From an uncultured bacterium (lineage in GTDB: Bacteria > CAIJMQ01), in the NCBI GenBank assembly GCA_964573245.1, contig CAZNJA010000024.1, positions 1 to 18,492 of the forward strand: a DNA stretch of 18,492 nt, read 5' to 3'. Of the stretch, positions 15,515 through 18,492 are shown piece after piece; positions within the stretch are counted from its first letter, which is position 1, and the number at the start of each line of letters is the position of its first letter. A program made the position numbers and the translations under genes. Under the pieces are notes generated by a model. It was not told the DNA's origin. It was given only the letters and a program-made list of their open reading frames with translations, and searched no databases.

Positions 15515-15556
15515 GCATCTAACCTTATAAAATAACAACTGCAAGGAGATCTTTCA

Positions 15557-15748
15557 ATGATAAGATTTTTACTAACAAAGGAAGTTGCAGAATTACTGCG
15601 TGTAGGTGAAGAACATGTTCGTGAACTCATCCGGCAGAGGAAACTGAAAGCTTTCAAAGAAGGCAGAAGAGGCGGCTATAGAATTCGCGTAGATGATTTT
15701 AATGAATATATTGAAGAAAAAATTAAAGAGGAAATGGTAGCTAGGTAA
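15557..15748 (+). CDS. Excisionase-family (HTH_17/MerR-like) DNA-binding protein
   Basis: FLLTKEVAELLRVGEEHVRELIRQRKLKAFK.G..GYRI...D fits the stand-alone Xis-like winged HTH pattern. Good SD. Confidence 0.88.
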   Translation: MIRFLLTKEVAELLRVGEEHVRELIRQRKLKAFKEGRRGGYRIRVDDFNEYIEEKIKEEMVAR

Positions 15749-15764
15749 CAACAGGAGGAAAAAT

Positions 15765-15989
15765 ATGAAGAAAAATATTTCCGCTATATTGGGAATTCTC
15801 GGCATGATTTCATTATTGCTTAGTTTCGTCATACATTCTTATTATCTCCAGTTCTTAGTATTGGGAATCTTTTTTCTTTGTTTATTTATTGCAACCTATA
15901 GAAAAAAAGAAATTGAAGAATTAAAAAAAATTATCGAAGAACACAATAAACTGATAAAAGAAGATATTGATGAGTTGAAGAAGAGGTAG
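15765..15989 (+). CDS. Small 2-TM membrane protein with a C-terminal coiled coil
   Basis: SD AGGAGG at 15753-15758, two hydrophobic segments, then a heptad-like EIEELKKIIEEHNKLIKEDIDELKK. Confidence 0.75.
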   Translation: MKKNISAILGILGMISLLLSFVIHSYYLQFLVLGIFFLCLFIATYRKKEIEELKKIIEEHNKLIKEDIDELKKR

Positions 15990-16027
15990 GGGTTTTAATA
16001 ACAATTTATAAAAGTTGATATATTGGA

Positions 16028-16678
16028 ATGGAAGTTCTAAGACACATTGGTTCTTTTGTATGCCATCAGATATCAGACAGAACCTTACACATTGTTGGTC
16101 ATTCCTTACCGCTTTGTGCAAGATGCACCGGAATATATTCAGGATTTCTTTTGGGTATTATCTATCATATGCTTATTGGGAGCAGAAAAAACAGCCAGTT
16201 GCCGCCCATGAAAATTCTTTTAACTTCTATAGGTTTTATCATGCTTTTAATAGCAGACGGATTAGCTTTCCAATTAGGATTGTGGAATTCAACTAATTAT
16301 ATGAGACTTTTATTAGGGCTCTTATGCGGAAGTTCCATTAGCTTATTTTTATTACCATTATATAACCATTTTTTAAGAAAAAATGTTCTTAATAAACCAG
16401 TCATTGAAACCTGGCTTAAATACCGTGGAATGTTTTTGGTGATAGGCATTCTATTTAGTCTATATTTCATAAATCATATATGTATATTCTACTTCTTATC
16501 GATTTTCTCTATTCTGGGACTTTTATTGGAGTATCTAATGATGAATACAACTTTTGCGGCAATAATTATCAACTATAAAAAAAGAAATCCTACTTTTGCA
16601 AACATTACTATGTTGATAGCAGTAACTTTAATTTTAATTTCAGGAGAAATATGGCTACTCAAAATAATCCACTCTTAA
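16028..16678 (+). CDS. DUF2085-like membrane protein
   Basis: VCHQISDRT...LPLCARCTGIYSG, ADG, and N..RLLLGLLCG match the DUF2085 pattern. Extra C-terminal TM segments follow. Confidence 0.82.
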   Translation: MEVLRHIGSFVCHQISDRTLHIVGHSLPLCARCTGIYSGFLLGIIYHMLIGSRKNSQLPPMKILLTSIGFIMLLIADGLAFQLGLWNSTNYMRLLLGLLCGSSISLFLLPLYNHFLRKNVLNKPVIETWLKYRGMFLVIGILFSLYFINHICIFYFLSIFSILGLLLEYLMMNTTFAAIIINYKKRNPTFANITMLIAVTLILISGEIWLLKIIHS

Positions 16679-16694
16679 GAGAAGGAGATTTGTT

Positions 16695-18492
16695 ATGAGC
16701 AACAAAATTAAGTCTTTTGTAAATGTAAGGGAACTTGCCATGAAGGTTTTATGTGCCATCATAGTTGTATTAGTTCTTTCTTTAGGCATTGCGTGTGGCG
16801 GTGGTGGTGGTGGCGGTGGTGGTGGAGGTAGTGATGAAAGCAGTGGAGGAAACACCCCCCCTCCTTCAAATGAACCTATCATACCAGACACCACCAAAGT
16901 TTTGGATGATTCTACATCGGATAACCTTTCCTCTGTTTCGGGAGATGGCTCCACTTTTACTTTTGATGATACAAGTTCTCAAATTGATTCCTTAGAATCC
17001 GGAGATGTAATAGTTTTTGGCGTAACTGGTAACACTCCTTACGGTGCTCTTCGCAAGGTTATTTCAACTACGCGTACTACACGAGGAACTCGCACGCAAG
17101 TTGTGGTGGAAACTTCACAATCAACCCTTGAAGAAGCAATAGAAAAGGGGTCAGTGGAAACATCAGCATTTTTGACACGATTGAACCTTGCGAAAGATGT
17201 ACCACTACAAAAAGGAGTTGTCTTAAAGGACCCTTCAAGAGAACCTCGCTTGGAAGGTTTTTCATTTTCATTTAACGATGTTGTTCTATATGATGAAGAT
17301 GGTAGCGAAACTACTACCGATGACCAGATAAGAGCAAATGGAAATCTGTCTATAGAACCAAGCTTTAGTTTTTCAGCAGAATTTGATAATGGTTTGAGAA
17401 ACCTTAACTTCACTAACACAACCACAGAAACAGCAGAACTTCAAATTGTAGGAGAAAGAAATACATTGAACGTAGACTGCAGTACGGCTATACATGAATT
17501 GTATTTTACTCCTATTACGGTCTGGATTGGCTATGTACCTGTCATCTTTACGCCAAAATTAACAGTTTATGTTGGTATTAATGGAAATGTATCAGTGGGG
17601 ATTACTACCAGCGTAACTCAAGAAGCAACTCTTACGTCGGGTATAACATATCAAAACGGTAACTGGAACCCTACACGCAGTTTTTCAAACAGCTTTCAAT
17701 ACAACTCACCCACTCTCTCTACAAATTGCAGTTTTAAAGGATATACTAAACCCCAAATAGAAATCCTACTTTATGGTGTAATCGGACCCTACGCAAACAT
17801 AGAAGGATATCTGGAACTTGACGCAAACTCATTGTCAACGCCCTGGTGGATGCTATATGGCGGTCTTGGAGCGCATGTAGGGGTAAAACTGGCCATATTT
17901 AGTCATGTCATCGCTAATTATGAAAGTCCTGACCTCATAAATTATGAGATATTGTTGGCTCAGGCAGATGAAAGCGGACAAAATGATGCGGGTAGTGGTA
18001 CTGATGCAGGGGATTCGTTTGAGAACGCTATATTGATTCCACCAGGAAGTTATACCGGATATTTAGTATATCCTGATGATGTATGGGATAGATATAAATT
18101 TTCAGTGAACGATGGTCAACAAATAACCGTAAGTATGACACCTCCTATTAACGCAGATTTTGATTTAATTTTATGCGCACCCAACGAGGTAGAAAGAGCA
18201 TATTCAATGACCGAGGGTTCGGGACAAACTGAAAATATATCATTTACCGCAGATTCTTCTGGATATTGGAGTATCCTTGTTTACGTTTATGGTACCGGTT
18301 CAGGAAATTATTCGTTTACTGTTTCTTTAAGTGGCGACGAAATAGAGATAGCGTATGATGATGGCTCTTCTTATGCGGGGTATGGTATAGGCACTTGTGA
18401 AGGATGCGGCGACTATTATGTTAATGATAATAAATGGGGTTTTGCCAAGAGATTAACACCTCTATCCTATCCTTTCCAATTAACAAAAGTTA
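16695..18492 (+). CDS. Large secreted/surface (lipo)protein, 3'-truncated, with a PPC-like beta domain
   Basis: Absent from the ORF track. Manual translation from ATG 16695 (SD AAGGAG 16682-16687) is open for 599 codons to the window end. It begins MSNKIKSFVNVRELAMKVLCAIIVVLVLSLGIAC-G11-SDESSGGNTPPPS, has a Ser/Thr/beta-rich body, and includes QNDAGSGTDAGDSF...DRYKF...DFDL...GNYSFTVSL (about 17979-18329). Confidence 0.88.
   Translation, partial: MSNKIKSFVNVRELAMKVLCAIIVVLVLSLGIACGGGGGGGGGGGSDESSGGNTPPPSNEPIIPDTTKVLDDSTSDNLSSVSGDGSTFTFDDTSSQIDSLESGDVIVFGVTGNTPYGALRKVISTTRTTRGTRTQVVVETSQSTLEEAIEKGSVETSAFLTRLNLAKDVPLQKGVVLKDPSREPRLEGFSFSFNDVVLYDEDGSETTTDDQIRANGNLSIEPSFSFSAEFDNGLRNLNFTNTTTETAELQIVGERNTLNVDCSTAIHELYFTPITVWIGYVPVIFTPKLTVYVGINGNVSVGITTSVTQEATLTSGITYQNGNWNPTRSFSNSFQYNSPTLSTNCSFKGYTKPQIEILLYGVIGPYANIEGYLELDANSLSTPWWMLYGGLGAHVGVKLAIFSHVIANYESPDLINYEILLAQADESGQNDAGSGTDAGDSFENAILIPPGSYTGYLVYPDDVWDRYKFSVNDGQQITVSMTPPINADFDLILCAPNEVERAYSMTEGSGQTENISFTADSSGYWSILVYVYGTGSGNYSFTVSLSGDEIEIAYDDGSSYAGYGIGTCEGCGDYYVNDNKWGFAKRLTPLSYPFQLTKV
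16797..16829 (+). repeat. (GGN)11 poly-glycine-coding tract
   Basis: GGC-GGT4-GGC-GGT3-GGA-GGT immediately after the Cys codon at 16794-16796. Confidence 0.9.

Noticed and set aside
15557-15748. Prophage call based on the excisionase-like gene next to a tRNA
   Set aside because: No integrase, structural or replication genes and no att duplication are present within the window.
16655-17425. Short ORFs (16655-16954 poly-Pro, 16789-16995, 17039-17425, 17077-17271)
   Set aside because: They are antisense or off-frame shadows of the long + strand CDS starting at 16695. Poly-Pro is the reverse complement of the Gly tract.

Overview
Bacterial chromosomal segment of fairly low GC; the phylum cannot be assigned from this window. 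The first ~15 kb is mostly housekeeping: rny (5'-truncated)-ymdB-EndoQ-family nuclease, a stand-alone mreB, ftsH-folP-rhomboid on the minus strand, a divergent run of small membrane protein-dGTPase-sugar nucleotidyltransferase-GGQ release-factor-like protein-membrane protein, an AT-rich ORF with a HEPN-like RxxxxH motif, rdgB-trpF on the minus strand, and a B12-binding radical SAM gene. After tRNA-His(GUG) comes an accessory-looking operon: excisionase-type HTH, small membrane protein, DUF2085-like membrane protein, and a >=599-codon Gly-linker surface lipoprotein that the ORF track missed because it runs off the window. The most unusual signal is a set of tiny GC-rich palindromic elements bounded by TAAA/TTTN tetranucleotides. 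They nest inside one another, stack in tandem (7860-8034, 4152-4315) and sit in frame inside the radical SAM CDS at two sites. One 27-bp unit occurs both intergenically (7910-7936) and intragenically (14641-14667, inverted). No transposase, integrase or CRISPR array is present. Family assignments come from motif recognition by eye, not from database searches.
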